Source: Actinomycetota bacterium (GTDB lineage: Bacteria > Actinomycetota > UBA4738 > HRBIN12). From it: a stretch of 64,000 bases of DNA. Shown one piece after another: positions 1 to 11,626 of this stretch. The notes beneath the pieces are model-generated. The model made no database searches and was not told the origin of the DNA. It saw nothing but the letters and a program-made list of their open reading frames with translations. The stretch is taken from the NCBI GenBank assembly GCA_026003015.1, contig BPGL01000001.1, forward strand, positions 1,006,717 to 1,070,716, in the 5' to 3' direction. The position numbers were made by a program, and so were the translations under genes. The stretch's first letter is position 1; every line of letters starts with the position of its first letter.

Positions 1-896
1 AGGCCTGGGCCTTCCTCCGCCCGTTCCTCGACGGTGCACGGGCGTTCGTCTTCACGCGGGCCGCCTACGTCTGGGAGGGCATCGAGCGGGATCGCGTCGT
101 CATCCTGCCGCCGTGCATCGACGCCTTCTCCTTGAAGAACGTCGAGCTCGACGACGCCGCGCGAGACGCGATCCTCGCCGCCGCCGGCGTCCTTCCCGCG
201 CGTGTCCCGGGCGACCCCGTCTTCCGACGCGGCGACGGACGGGAGGGCCGGGTGACGCACGCGGCCGACGTCCGGCACGTGGAGCCGATCCCCGCCGAGG
301 CACGGCTCGTGGTACAGGTCTCCCGATGGGACCGCCTGAAGGACCCGGTGGGGGTCCTGCAGGGGTTCGCCCGGCACGTCGAGCGTCGCGACGTCCACCT
401 GGTCCTGGCCGGACCGGCCCCCGCGGCCGTCGCCGACGACCCCGAGGCCATGGAGGTGCTCGACGAGGTCGAGGGCGCGTGGGAGGAGCTCCCCCCCGAC
501 GCACGCCGCCGGGCTCACCTCGTGAACGTCCCGACGGTCGACGTCGAGGAGAACGCGGTCATCGTGAACGCGCTCCAGCGACGGGCCGACGTCGTCGTCC
601 AGAAGAGCCTGGCCGAGGGGTTCGGGCTCACCGTCACCGAGGCGATGTGGAAGCGGCGCCCGGTCGTCGCGAGCCGGGTCGGCGGGATCCAGGACCAGAT
701 CGTCGACGGCGAGCACGGTCGACTCGTCGATCCCCGCGACCTCGCGGCGTTCGGCGCCGCCGTGGAGGCGGTGCTGGCCGACCCCGACGCTGCCTCGACG
801 CTCGCAGACGCGGCGCACGATCGGGTCCGTCGCTCGTTCCTCGCGCCGCACTACCTCGCCCGCGGCCTCGAGCTCCTCGAGCGGCTCGACGGGTGA
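1..896 (+). CDS. GT4 glycosyltransferase, trehalose synthase (TreT)-like; 5' end outside window
   Basis: Frame open from base 3 (AWAFLRPFL...ILPPCIDAFSLKN); VVQVSRWDRLKDP and QKSLAEGFGLTVTEAMWK motifs typical of TreT-like GT4 enzymes. Confidence 0.8.
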   Translation, partial: AWAFLRPFLDGARAFVFTRAAYVWEGIERDRVVILPPCIDAFSLKNVELDDAARDAILAAAGVLPARVPGDPVFRRGDGREGRVTHAADVRHVEPIPAEARLVVQVSRWDRLKDPVGVLQGFARHVERRDVHLVLAGPAPAAVADDPEAMEVLDEVEGAWEELPPDARRRAHLVNVPTVDVEENAVIVNALQRRADVVVQKSLAEGFGLTVTEAMWKRRPVVASRVGGIQDQIVDGEHGRLVDPRDLAAFGAAVEAVLADPDAASTLADAAHDRVRRSFLAPHYLARGLELLERLDG

Positions 897-899
897 GCC

Positions 900-1517
900 T
901 CAGCCCTCCTGGCGAACCGTTCCCGCCTCGGTCACCCGCAGATCGGTGAGGCCCGAGTGCACGCGCTCGCCCCGGACGAGCACGGCGTCGTCCTCGATGT
1001 AGCCGAGCTCCCGGAGCTTCGCGAGGACCTTGCGCAGCGACTCCTCGGGCGTCTCGACGAGCGTGTCGAGCACGAGCTCGGGGTTCTCCGGGACCTCGTA
1101 GGGGTCGTCGACCCCCGTGAAGCCGGTGATCTCACCGGCGAGCGCTTTGCGGTACAGACCCTTGGGATCGCGGTTCGCGGCGATCTCCTCGACCGTCGCG
1201 TAGACGTAGACCTCGACGAAGTCGCCGATCAGCGCCCGGGCCTCGTCGCGGGTCTGGCGGTACGGGGAGATCGGGCAGCAGATCGTGGCGACGCCGTTGC
1301 GGGTGAGCAGGTGCGCCACGAACGCGATCCGCCGGATGTTCGTGTCGCGGTCCTCCTTGGAGAACCCGAGACCCTTGGACAGGTTCTGGCGCACCACGTC
1401 GCCGTCGAGGATCTCGGTCTTCAAGCCTCGGGCCTTCAGCTCGTGGTACAGGAGCTCGGCGATCGTCGACTTCCCCGAGCCCGACAGCCCGGTGAACCAG
1501 ACGGTGAAACCCGTCAC
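900..1517 (-). CDS. cysC: Adenylyl-sulfate (APS) kinase
   Basis: [13 protein letters not shown]-loop, [30 protein letters not shown]. Confidence 0.95.
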   Translation of the reverse strand: MTGFTVWFTGLSGSGKSTIAELLYHELKARGLKTEILDGDVVRQNLSKGLGFSKEDRDTNIRRIAFVAHLLTRNGVATICCPISPYRQTRDEARALIGDFVEVYVYATVEEIAANRDPKGLYRKALAGEITGFTGVDDPYEVPENPELVLDTLVETPEESLRKVLAKLRELGYIEDDAVLVRGERVHSGLTDLRVTEAGTVRQEG

Positions 1518-2920
1518 AGGAAGCTCCTCCCGACGGCCGCCGGCAGGGCAGGCTCCGGCTCGATCCCGTAGATCGACAGGATCGACGGCCCGACGTCGAC
1601 GAGCTGGAGAGGGTCGAGTCGGCCGGTCGGCTGACCCGGCAGGCCGCTCATCACGAACACGCCGTCGCGATCGTGGTTCGCGCCGTCGGGCCCGGTGTCG
1701 TTCTCGTAGGTGAACAGGCTCGGGTTGCCGACCGAGCCGACCGAACGCCAGGCGAGGTCGCCGAAGTACACGATCAGGTCGGGCGCGACCCCGCGGACCT
1801 CCGGGTAGACCTCCTGGGGCTTGAGCACCCGCGTGCCGAGCGGCCGCCCGTCCGGGCCGAGCTGCGCCTCGAGCTTCGCGATGAGCTCGTCACGGACCTC
1901 CTCGTAGCGCGAGGGCTCGACGATCCCCTGAGGCTCACGCCCCTTGACGTTGAGGAACAGCCGGCCGTAGTAGCCGCCGTCGCCCCAGGCGATCGTGCGG
2001 CTCCAGTCGACCGTCACGTCCTTGAACGGCGTCGGACCCGCCACCGGCTCGGCGAGCCGAAGGTAGCCCTCCTGGATCAGCCAGTCGTTGAAGCACAGAC
2101 CGCCCATCATCGCGCGAGCGCCGTGGTCGGACATCACGATCACGACGGCGTCGTCGGGGACCTGCTCCAGGAGCGAGGCGACCTGGCGATCCAGGAACCG
2201 GTAGTAGTCGTGGAACACCCCTTCGAACCGGTTGCCCGGCTCGTAGCGCGGGTGCTGGGGGTCGTAGTACTCCCAGAACACGTGGTGCAGCCGGTCGGGC
2301 GCGATGTCGCACAGCACGAACAGGTCCCACGGCTTCGTGCGCATCAGCCGGCGCCCTACCTGGAAGCGCCGTTCGGTCATCGCGAACAGCTGCTCGAGGG
2401 CGACATCGAAGCCGACCTCGCGGAAGTTCGGGATGTCGAAGATGTAGGCGCCCCTGTCCCCGAGCTCCTCCTCGATCTCGACCTCGAGCTCGGCGGGGTA
2501 GGCCCAGCGCTCCGCGGACGGCGGGGTGAGGAAGCAGCCCACCCGCCACCCCGGGAACTCCTTCGGCGGTGGGAAGCCGGGCGGCACCCCGATCAGCACC
2601 GAGCGCATCCCGCGGGCGCCGAGCACGTCCCAGACCGCCGGCGCCTTGACCGAGCCGCTGTGCGCGATCGCGAGGCCGTCGTAGGTCGTGTCCTTGCGGT
2701 TGCGGAAGCCGTAGATGCCGAGCTGGCCCGGAACGGTGCCGGTCATCGCGCAGGCCCAGGCCGGAACGGTGATCGGCGGCGTGATGCTCGCGAGGTCCGC
2801 GTACATCCCCTCCGCCATGAGCTTCGAGATCGTCGGGACCTCGGCCGCGAGGTCGTCGAAGAGCAGGCGCGGCGGGACGCAGTCGAGGCCGATCACCACG
2901 ACGCGGGGGCCTTGCTGCAT
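1514..2920 (-). CDS. Alkaline phosphatase superfamily protein (type I phosphodiesterase/nucleotide pyrophosphatase-like)
   Basis: [14 protein letters not shown] (Thr nucleophile position), DRLHH, MSDHG, GANH metal-ligand motifs; ATG 2920 preceded by GGAGGTGA; 4-bp overlap with cysC. Confidence 0.85.
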   Translation of the reverse strand: MQQGPRVVVIGLDCVPPRLLFDDLAAEVPTISKLMAEGMYADLASITPPITVPAWACAMTGTVPGQLGIYGFRNRKDTTYDGLAIAHSGSVKAPAVWDVLGARGMRSVLIGVPPGFPPPKEFPGWRVGCFLTPPSAERWAYPAELEVEIEEELGDRGAYIFDIPNFREVGFDVALEQLFAMTERRFQVGRRLMRTKPWDLFVLCDIAPDRLHHVFWEYYDPQHPRYEPGNRFEGVFHDYYRFLDRQVASLLEQVPDDAVVIVMSDHGARAMMGGLCFNDWLIQEGYLRLAEPVAGPTPFKDVTVDWSRTIAWGDGGYYGRLFLNVKGREPQGIVEPSRYEEVRDELIAKLEAQLGPDGRPLGTRVLKPQEVYPEVRGVAPDLIVYFGDLAWRSVGSVGNPSLFTYENDTGPDGANHDRDGVFVMSGLPGQPTGRLDPLQLVDVGPSILSIYGIEPEPALPAAVGRSFL

Positions 2921-3044
2921 GCGTTCACCTCCACGGCTATCGGACACGTGACGCCGGGCACGACCGACCACCCGGGTGCGAACGGCGGTGCCGCGTATCC
3001 TACCAGCTCACCCGGACCGGCCGGCCGGTGGAGGCGGTGCTGCG

Positions 3045-3446
3045 ATGACGTTCCTGCGACGGGTCCTGCGGGCCCAGGCGATCCTGTGGGCCCTTGCCGG
3101 CGCCGTGCTGGCCTCGGTCCCGGCCCGCCTGCACCGAGACCTGCTCGACCAGCCGCCGCTGCCCGAGTACGCGTGGGTGCGGATCGCGGGGGTCATGGCC
3201 GTCGTGCTCGCGATGCTCATGGTCCTCGTGAGCGAGCATCTGGCGGAGCTGTGGTGGTGGACGTGGTCCTTCGCCCTGCTCGCGGCCGGCACCGCCACCG
3301 TCGCGGCGCTGAACGCCGCCATCGGGGTCGCACCGGGGGCGCCCGCCTGGCCCTGGTGGGTCCTGGCGACCGTGAACGCGGTGGTCGGAGCGCTCGACCT
3401 GATCGGGCTCTCGCGGGCGAGCCGCGAGCGGCCGATCGTGCCCTAG
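3045..3446 (+). CDS. Small integral membrane protein (about 4 TM), unknown function
   Basis: GGAGG SD before ATG 3045; four hydrophobic segments. Confidence 0.65.
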   Translation: MTFLRRVLRAQAILWALAGAVLASVPARLHRDLLDQPPLPEYAWVRIAGVMAVVLAMLMVLVSEHLAELWWWTWSFALLAAGTATVAALNAAIGVAPGAPAWPWWVLATVNAVVGALDLIGLSRASRERPIVP

Positions 3447-3447
3447 C

Positions 3448-4503
3448 CTAGCGGGCCGCGGCGATCCGCTCGAGGGCGAGACGCTCTGCGGCCTCGGCGG
3501 TCGTGATCCGCTCGCGGTCGGCGATCGCGAAGACCTCGGCGAGCGTCCGCTCGATCCCGGCGAGCCTCGCGTGGACCTCGGCCTCGTCCCAGCCGAGCAC
3601 CTCGCGGCCGGCGAGGTGGATCACGCCGCCGGCGTTGGCGACGAAGTCGGGCGCGTACACGATCCCCGCCTCCTGGAGCCGTCGCGCGTCCTCGGGGGTG
3701 GCGAGCTGGTTGTTGGCCGCGCCCGCCACGACGCGGCACGCGAGACGGCCGATCGTGTCCTCGGCGAGGACGCCCCCGGTCGCGCAGGGCGCGAACACGT
3801 CGCAGGGGGTGCCGACCACCTCCTCGGCCGCGACGGGCTTCGCGAGCGCCCCGACGGCGGCCGTCCGATCCGGATCGACGTCGGCGACCAGGACCTCGGC
3901 CCCGGCCTCGTGGAGGAGCTCGACGAGGCGCCGGCCCACCGACCCCACCCCCTGGACGAGCGCGCGTCGCCCTGCGACGTCGGCAGCGCCGAACGCGCGC
4001 TCGCACGCGGCACGGATCGCATGGAAGACGCCGACGGCGGTCGCCGGGCCCGGATCGCCCGCGCCGCCGCGCCCCGGCGAGCGCCCGAGGACGTGGTCCG
4101 TGCGCTCGGCGACCACGTCGAGCTCCGCGCTGCCGGTGTTCATATCGGCCGCGGTCACGTACGTCCCTCCCAGCGCCTCGACGAGGTCGCCGTAGCGCCG
4201 GAAGAGACCCCGCCAGGAGGACGAACCGCGCTCCGGCAGCTCGGGGACCGCGAGCACGGCCTTGCCCCCGCCGAAGGGGAGGCGGGCGACGGCCTGCTTG
4301 AGCGACATCGCGCGCGCGAGGAGCAGGGCGTCGGCGATCGCGTCCTCGAGGCGAGGGTAGGGCTTCATCCTCGTGCCCCCCATCGCCGGCCCGAGCGCCG
4401 TGGAGTGCACGGCGACCAGCATGAAGGCACCGCTGGGCGGATCGAAGCGGACGACGAGCTCCTCGCCGTCCCAGTCCCGCAGCAACGCGTCCAGACCCGC
4501 CAC
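3448..4503 (-). CDS. Glu/Leu/Phe/Val dehydrogenase (leucine/valine dehydrogenase-like)
   Basis: HSTALGPAMGGTR, GGGKAV, VQGVGSVG, FAPCATGG, GAANNQL, PDFVANAGG; start chosen at GTG 4503, 8 nt after TAGACT. Confidence 0.9.
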   Translation of the reverse strand: MAGLDALLRDWDGEELVVRFDPPSGAFMLVAVHSTALGPAMGGTRMKPYPRLEDAIADALLLARAMSLKQAVARLPFGGGKAVLAVPELPERGSSSWRGLFRRYGDLVEALGGTYVTAADMNTGSAELDVVAERTDHVLGRSPGRGGAGDPGPATAVGVFHAIRAACERAFGAADVAGRRALVQGVGSVGRRLVELLHEAGAEVLVADVDPDRTAAVGALAKPVAAEEVVGTPCDVFAPCATGGVLAEDTIGRLACRVVAGAANNQLATPEDARRLQEAGIVYAPDFVANAGGVIHLAGREVLGWDEAEVHARLAGIERTLAEVFAIADRERITTAEAAERLALERIAAAR

Positions 4504-4567
4504 GGGCCCCGAGTCTAGGAGGGGCGCCGCGCCGGCGCCCGCGGGGCTGCTCGGCTCAGACGCGCGA

Positions 4568-4595
4568 GGGGGCGGCTCGAACACGAGCCGCCCCC
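4568..4595 (-). terminator. GC-rich hairpin downstream of groEL, probable terminator
   Basis: Perfect 12-bp stem GGGGGCGGCTCG / CGAGCCGCCCCC with 4-nt loop, 17 nt after the groEL stop; no strong U-tract. Confidence 0.7.
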
Positions 4596-4612
4596 GTAGG
4601 TGCATCGGCGCG

Positions 4613-6598
<1,986 letters not shown>

Positions 6599-6628
6599 CG
6601 GTCAACCTCCTTCGTCCGCCCCGGTGGG

Positions 6629-6655
6629 TTAGCACTCGGATACCGGGAGTGCTAA
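6629..6655. promoter_or_regulatory. CIRCE element (HrcA operator)
   Basis: Exact TTAGCACTC-N9-GAGTGCTAA upstream of groES; an extra half-site GAGTGCCAG lies at 6670-6678. Confidence 0.97.
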
Positions 6656-6656
6656 C

Positions 6657-6686
6657 AGCATAGCGAGGAGAGTGCCAGGGGGTCAA
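6657..6686 (-). promoter_or_regulatory. Housekeeping sigma promoter of groES-groEL
   Basis: TTGACC-18 nt-TATGCT on the minus strand immediately upstream of CIRCE. Confidence 0.8.
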
Positions 6687-6790
6687 ACGGGCATCGGGCT
6701 TGGGAACCGTGCCCGGCACCGAGCGTCTGATCAGCAGCGATGGCCACCTCGAGGGTCAAACGGGCATCGGGCTTGGGAACCGTGCCCGGC
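6680..6790. repeat. Two identical 38-bp direct repeats separated by 35 bp
   Basis: GGGTCAAACGGGCATCGGGCTTGGGAACCGTGCCCGGC at 6680-6717 and 6753-6790. Confidence 0.95.
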
Positions 6791-6849
6791 GTGCCGAGAC
6801 CTGGGAGGATAGGGAACCGCGGAACGCACGGACCGGTTGGGGGTGACGG

Positions 6850-8592
6850 ATGGCCACATCGACCGCGGAGGTCCTGGATCTCCGTGACTACGTGCAGGTG
6901 CTCCGGCTGCGGAAGTGGTCGGTCGTCGTCACCACCTTCCTCGTCGCCGGCCTGGCCCTGGCGCAGGCGCTGACCCAGGCCGAGACCTACCAGTCGATCG
7001 CGAAGGTCCTCGTCTTGCCGGTGACGATCCCGGGAACCGAGATCGCGCCGAACCAGCAGATCCTGATGCCCAACGAGCTCGAGGTCGCCACCTCAGCGAG
7101 CGTCGCGGAGATCGCGGCGCGCAACGCCGACGCCCTCGGAGCCCCGCTGGGGACGGTGCGCGTGACGGCGCCCACCGACACCCAGACCCTGGTGTTCGAG
7201 GGCTACGCCCGCGACCCGAGGAGCGCCCAGGTCACCGCGCAGACCTACGCCGACGCCTACCTCGAGTTCCGGCGGGGGAACTTGCTGTCGAGCATCAACG
7301 CGCGGCTCGTGTCGGTCGGCGAGCTGATCGACGACCTCGAGAACCGCCGCGATCAGCTGCTCGCGGACCTCGCGGAGGCGAGCCCCCAAGAGGCGCAGGC
7401 CATCCAGTTCCAGCTGAACTCGATCAACAGCGAACTGCAGCTTCGCCAGCAGGAGCACAACGAGCTCTCGTTGGCGGCCGAGATCCCGGTCGGCAGGATC
7501 CTGCAGGAGGCCACCGCGCCCCAGGGTCCGTACAGCCCCCGGCCGCTGCGCAACCTCGCGATCGGCCTCGTGCTCGGCCTCGTGCTGGGCGTGGGGCTCG
7601 CCCTGCTGCGGGACCGGCTCGACCAGCGGCTCCGCGGCAGCGAGGACGTCGAGGCGGTGGCAGGCGCGCCGGTCCTCGGGCGGGTGCCCCGCGCGCCGTC
7701 GCTGCACCGTCTGATCGCCGTCGGACGCGGCGGGGACGCGCACGCCGCGGAGGCGTTCCGAGCGCTTCGGACCCGGGTGCTGTTCGGAAGCTCCAAGGAG
7801 GGCTTCCGGACCGTGATGATCACGAGCTCGGCCCAGGGGGAAGGCAAGACGACCGTCGCGGCGAACCTCGCCGCGGCCCTCGCCCAGGCCGACACCCGGA
7901 TCGTCCTCGTGTCGGCGGACCTGCACCACCCCGGCCTGTGGCGCTACCTCCCGGAACGCGGCAAGGGGCTGGCGGACGTGCTGGCCGGCACGGCGAGCCT
8001 GGACGAGACGCTCGTTCCGACGACCTACGACCACCTCTCGTTCCTGCCGAGCGGGACGATCGAGGACGTGCCGGAAGCGGCCCTCGGGTCGGCCGACATG
8101 TTCCGCGTGCTCGAGCAGCTCGCCGAGCGGGCCGACCTCGTCGTGATCGACGCCCCGCCGGTGCCCGGCGTCTCCGACACCCTCGATCTCGCCTCGCTCG
8201 TCGATCGGGTCGTGCTCGTGGTCGACGCGAGCCAGGCGAACAAGGATCGGGTGCGCGAGGCCGTGTCCGAGCTGCGATCCGTCGGAGCCACGATCCTCGG
8301 AGCGGTCCTCACCAGGGTCGACCCCGGGCGGTTCGGCTACGCCTACACGTACCGCTACGGCGCCCGGCGAGAAACCCAGGATCAGCACGAGCCGACCGAG
8401 ACCCTGCCGGCGCCGGCGCCCGTCCCGGCCCCCCAGGGGTCGCGGTCCGTCCCGACCCGGGGTTCCGCGTCGGCCTCGGCTCGCCCGGAGCTCGCCCCCG
8501 TCTCGACGCCCCCGCCGCCCGCGCGGGGCGCGCGTCAGACCCCTCCCGCCGAGATCCCGCCGCGTCGGGACGCCGGGGCGGGCGACGGCTAG
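6850..8592 (+). CDS. Wzc-like polysaccharide co-polymerase / tyrosine autokinase
   Basis: N-terminal LDLRDY + TM, coiled coil, P-rich SPRPLRN + second TM, AEAFRALRT, Walker A GEGKTT, VSADL, Walker B VIDAPP, Tyr cluster YAYTYRY. Confidence 0.92.
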   Translation: MATSTAEVLDLRDYVQVLRLRKWSVVVTTFLVAGLALAQALTQAETYQSIAKVLVLPVTIPGTEIAPNQQILMPNELEVATSASVAEIAARNADALGAPLGTVRVTAPTDTQTLVFEGYARDPRSAQVTAQTYADAYLEFRRGNLLSSINARLVSVGELIDDLENRRDQLLADLAEASPQEAQAIQFQLNSINSELQLRQQEHNELSLAAEIPVGRILQEATAPQGPYSPRPLRNLAIGLVLGLVLGVGLALLRDRLDQRLRGSEDVEAVAGAPVLGRVPRAPSLHRLIAVGRGGDAHAAEAFRALRTRVLFGSSKEGFRTVMITSSAQGEGKTTVAANLAAALAQADTRIVLVSADLHHPGLWRYLPERGKGLADVLAGTASLDETLVPTTYDHLSFLPSGTIEDVPEAALGSADMFRVLEQLAERADLVVIDAPPVPGVSDTLDLASLVDRVVLVVDASQANKDRVREAVSELRSVGATILGAVLTRVDPGRFGYAYTYRYGARRETQDQHEPTETLPAPAPVPAPQGSRSVPTRGSASASARPELAPVSTPPPPARGARQTPPAEIPPRRDAGAGDG

Positions 8593-9866
8593 AGGTCGGT
8601 GAAGCGAGCGAGGAAGTAGCGGTCCACGCAGGGCGCGGGGCTCTGCGTGCCGTCGCAGACCTGGGTGAACTGACCTCCGACCCAAACCCGATCCCCGGCG
8701 TCGGTCACGAGGATGTCCCACGGACCGTAGAACTTGCCCTCGAAGTTCGGTCGCCAGGTGAGATCGCAGTTGCCGTTGAGGTCGGTGACCCCGAACCGGG
8801 CCGTCTTCGGCTTGGACTGCGAGCAGGTCCCCGCCGGGTACGTGACGCCTCCGCCGAAGTGCCCGCCGAAGTACACGCGGTCGTCCCCCGTCGCGGAGGT
8901 TCCCTGGTCGTTCACGGCCACCGTCTGCACGTTCCCGGAGGTCTGGCGGATCCACAGCGCCTCACCGTCGTCGTCGGCGACGTCGAAGGCGTACAGGAAG
9001 TTCTGGCCGCCGATCCCGACGAACAGGCGCTGGGTCGCGCAGCTCAGAGCGAGATCGTAGGCGACCGATCCGTTGCCGATCTCCGCGTCGCGGGTGGCCC
9101 AGGCCTCGAGCGCACCGGTGGCGGCGTCGAAGCGCGCGACGCTGTCGCGGGTGACGAGCGACCCCCCCTGCCCGGCGGCCTGCTCGAAGAGCCCCCCGGC
9201 GTAGACCGAGTCCCCAGCGCAGTCGAACAGCAGGCTCCGCACCGACCCGGCCGTGCGCGGATGCCAGGGAAGCAGCGCCCCCGACGTGTCGAACGCCGCG
9301 AGGAAGCTTCGGCCCACACCGTCCACGTTCGTGAAGTAGCCGCCGACGTACACGGTGGTCGGCGAGGCGATCATCGCGCGGATCGGCTTCGCGAGGCTCC
9401 CCCCGACGTTGGCATCCACGCCGGGGTCGAGGACACCGCCGGCCTCCGACACAGCGGCGAAGTTCATCCGCGGCACCCCGTCGACGAGGTCGAACTTCCC
9501 ACCGAAGAAGACCTTGCCGCCGGCCACGGCGATCGCGTAGACGGTGGCTCGCTTGCCGTCGGTGCGCGTGACCTCCACCTTCCAGGTCCGGTCGACCTCG
9601 CCCGTCGCGGCGTTCAAGCGGGCGATCCCGATCGAGCGAACGGTCGAGCCGGGCTGCCCGGGAGGGGTGGAGCGAACCCTCGTGAACTGGCCGCCGATGT
9701 AGACGTGGTCGCCGGCGCGCACGACCGCGTAGACCGTGCCGTTCGTCATCCACGTGGGGTCGGGCACCTCGTCGAAGGCGCGGGCGGGCGGCGCCAGTGC
9801 CGCCACCAGGACCAGGGCGGGCAGGGCCGCGCGCACGCGCCGCCGGACCCGTCGGGCGATCGTCAT
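8589..9866 (-). CDS. Secreted beta-propeller repeat protein
   Basis: Arg-rich signal peptide with ARA cleavage; repeated NGxVxAx...VYxGGxFT blades; paired cysteines. Confidence 0.75.
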   Translation of the reverse strand: MTIARRVRRRVRAALPALVLVAALAPPARAFDEVPDPTWMTNGTVYAVVRAGDHVYIGGQFTRVRSTPPGQPGSTVRSIGIARLNAATGEVDRTWKVEVTRTDGKRATVYAIAVAGGKVFFGGKFDLVDGVPRMNFAAVSEAGGVLDPGVDANVGGSLAKPIRAMIASPTTVYVGGYFTNVDGVGRSFLAAFDTSGALLPWHPRTAGSVRSLLFDCAGDSVYAGGLFEQAAGQGGSLVTRDSVARFDAATGALEAWATRDAEIGNGSVAYDLALSCATQRLFVGIGGQNFLYAFDVADDDGEALWIRQTSGNVQTVAVNDQGTSATGDDRVYFGGHFGGGVTYPAGTCSQSKPKTARFGVTDLNGNCDLTWRPNFEGKFYGPWDILVTDAGDRVWVGGQFTQVCDGTQSPAPCVDRYFLARFTDL

Positions 9867-10125
9867 CCCAAGCACCACCTCGAGCTCTGCGCCAGCTCCG
9901 GGGGGATCTGGCGATACCGGGACGTTCGGCCTGGGGGCGCCCGGATGGGCGGGTCCCCCGTCGCGGGGACCTTACCATCCCCCGCGGGCGTCCACGATGC
10001 GGAGAACCCCGGACCGTTCGTACGCACCTCTGCGTAGGAGGACCGTCCGCCCTCGGACGCCGGACCGACCGCCTCTGACCTCGGGGGTTGTCTCGAACCG
10101 CCCACCGCACTAGCCTCTTCGGGAC

Positions 10126-11388
10126 ATGCGGACCTGGGCGCGCCCGACGACCGTCGGCACCCTCGCGGCGCTCGCCGTTACCCTGCTCGCGCCGGCCGTC
10201 CGGGCGGCGCCGCCGTCGAGCAGCACCGCGGACAACGGCGTCTTCATGGTCGACGGGCCGGTGGTCAACGACGTCGTCGTCGTTGGCGGCAACGCGTGGA
10301 TCGGCGGCGCGTTCTCTGAGGTCCAGGACCAGAGCGGCAGCCGCGTGGCCGGAGCCCGCGGCCTCACGGTCTTCGGTCCGACGGGGCAGCTCGTCGGCTC
10401 GATCCATGCGAGCCTGCCCGAGCTCGGAGGCACCTCCCCGACCGTGTTCGACCTGTCGCTCGGCCCCAACGGAACGCTGTACGCGGCCGGCAAGTTCACC
10501 TACACGGTCGGTGGGAAGACCTACAAGAACCTCGTCGGGATCGACCCGGCCACGGGCGGCGTCGTCGCCACCTACATCGCCAACCCCTTGAAGTCGGTCC
10601 TCGCCACCTCGGACTACGTCTACGGCGGCGGTCGGAAGCTCTGGCGGTTCAAGCTCGGCGGTGGGCCGGCCAGCGATGGGTGGCACACGATGACGGCCTA
10701 CGTCGACGGGAGCCTCCGCGGCCACACGATCCAGCCCGCGTTCCGCGAGATCGAGCTCGCGTCGGCGACGCGGCTGATCGTCGTGGGCCAGTTCGACTGG
10801 ATCGATGGGACCGGGACCGCGAACCAGAAGAAGGTCGCGGTGATGGTGAACGTCGCAACCGGTCAGCCCGACCTCGGCACCGGCAGTTGGACCCTCGGGT
10901 GCTCCTGCGCCCGACAGGAGAGCGCGGCCTTCGGCCACGCGGTCGACGTCGATGCCACCGCCGGGATCGCCTACGTGGGCGCGGGGGGGAACGACTGGTT
11001 GGCGGCGGTCCGGCTGTCCGATGGATCGGTCGTGTGGCAAACGGACACGAACGGCTCGGTCCAGGACCTCGCGGTCTACGACGCCGAGACGCTGATCGTC
11101 GGCGGCCACTGGACGTATATCGAGCTCGTGGGCCCCAACGACCAGAGCGGGTCGGAGTGCCCGTCGAGGACGTCGAGCGACCCGGGCACCTGCTGGGCGC
11201 AGCCACGGCTCGCCGCGCTGAGCCGGGCCAACGGCCTGCCGCACACGTCCTGGACGCCCGCGCCGTGCTGCAAGTACCGCGGGATCTGGGCGACGACCGT
11301 CGAGGGCGCCCGGGTGCACGTCGGGGGTGAGTTCACGAAGCTCGACACCGAGAGCGGCCCCGAGCGCTTCTACGGTCGCTTCAGCTGA
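10126..11388 (+). CDS. Secreted beta-propeller repeat protein
   Basis: Signal peptide (VRA-A); repeats WIGGAFS, LYAAGKFT, IVVGQFD, IVGGHWT, HVGGEFT; several Cys pairs. Confidence 0.75.
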   Translation: MRTWARPTTVGTLAALAVTLLAPAVRAAPPSSSTADNGVFMVDGPVVNDVVVVGGNAWIGGAFSEVQDQSGSRVAGARGLTVFGPTGQLVGSIHASLPELGGTSPTVFDLSLGPNGTLYAAGKFTYTVGGKTYKNLVGIDPATGGVVATYIANPLKSVLATSDYVYGGGRKLWRFKLGGGPASDGWHTMTAYVDGSLRGHTIQPAFREIELASATRLIVVGQFDWIDGTGTANQKKVAVMVNVATGQPDLGTGSWTLGCSCARQESAAFGHAVDVDATAGIAYVGAGGNDWLAAVRLSDGSVVWQTDTNGSVQDLAVYDAETLIVGGHWTYIELVGPNDQSGSECPSRTSSDPGTCWAQPRLAALSRANGLPHTSWTPAPCCKYRGIWATTVEGARVHVGGEFTKLDTESGPERFYGRFS

Positions 11389-11452
11389 GCCGGGAGGAGG
11401 TGAGCGCCTACCGACGAGCACCGACCGCAAGGCGAGACAGGAAGGAGATCCT

Positions 11453-11626
11453 ATGCGTGAGCACAGCATCTTCCGACTCCTGGTCGCGATCGTTCCCCGG
11501 CGTCGGCCCCGCGCCGACGTTCCCCCCGTGACCCCTCAGATCCGGTGCCGGCCCCCTCGGCGGATCCTCCCGCCACCCCGGCTCCTCCCCCGACCCCTCC
11601 CGCTGAACCTCCCGCAGACGACGTAG
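11453..11626 (+). CDS. Possible 57-aa Pro/Arg-rich small protein
   Basis: AAGGAG SD 5 nt before ATG; no recognised family; atypical composition. Confidence 0.3.
   Translation: MREHSIFRLLVAIVPRRRPRADVPPVTPQIRCRPPRRILPPPRLLPRPLPLNLPQTT

Noticed and set aside
6680..6790. Bona fide CRISPR array
   Set aside because: Only two repeats, no cas genes or AT-rich leader in the window, and the spacer partly matches the adjacent wzc start; kept only as an unexplained repeat
6915..10037. 1040-aa ORF and other long Arg/Gly/Pro-rich overlapping ORFs (e.g. 8962-11469, 11701-14064, 28601-31117)
   Set aside because: Shadow frames of real genes in GC-rich DNA; no domain motifs
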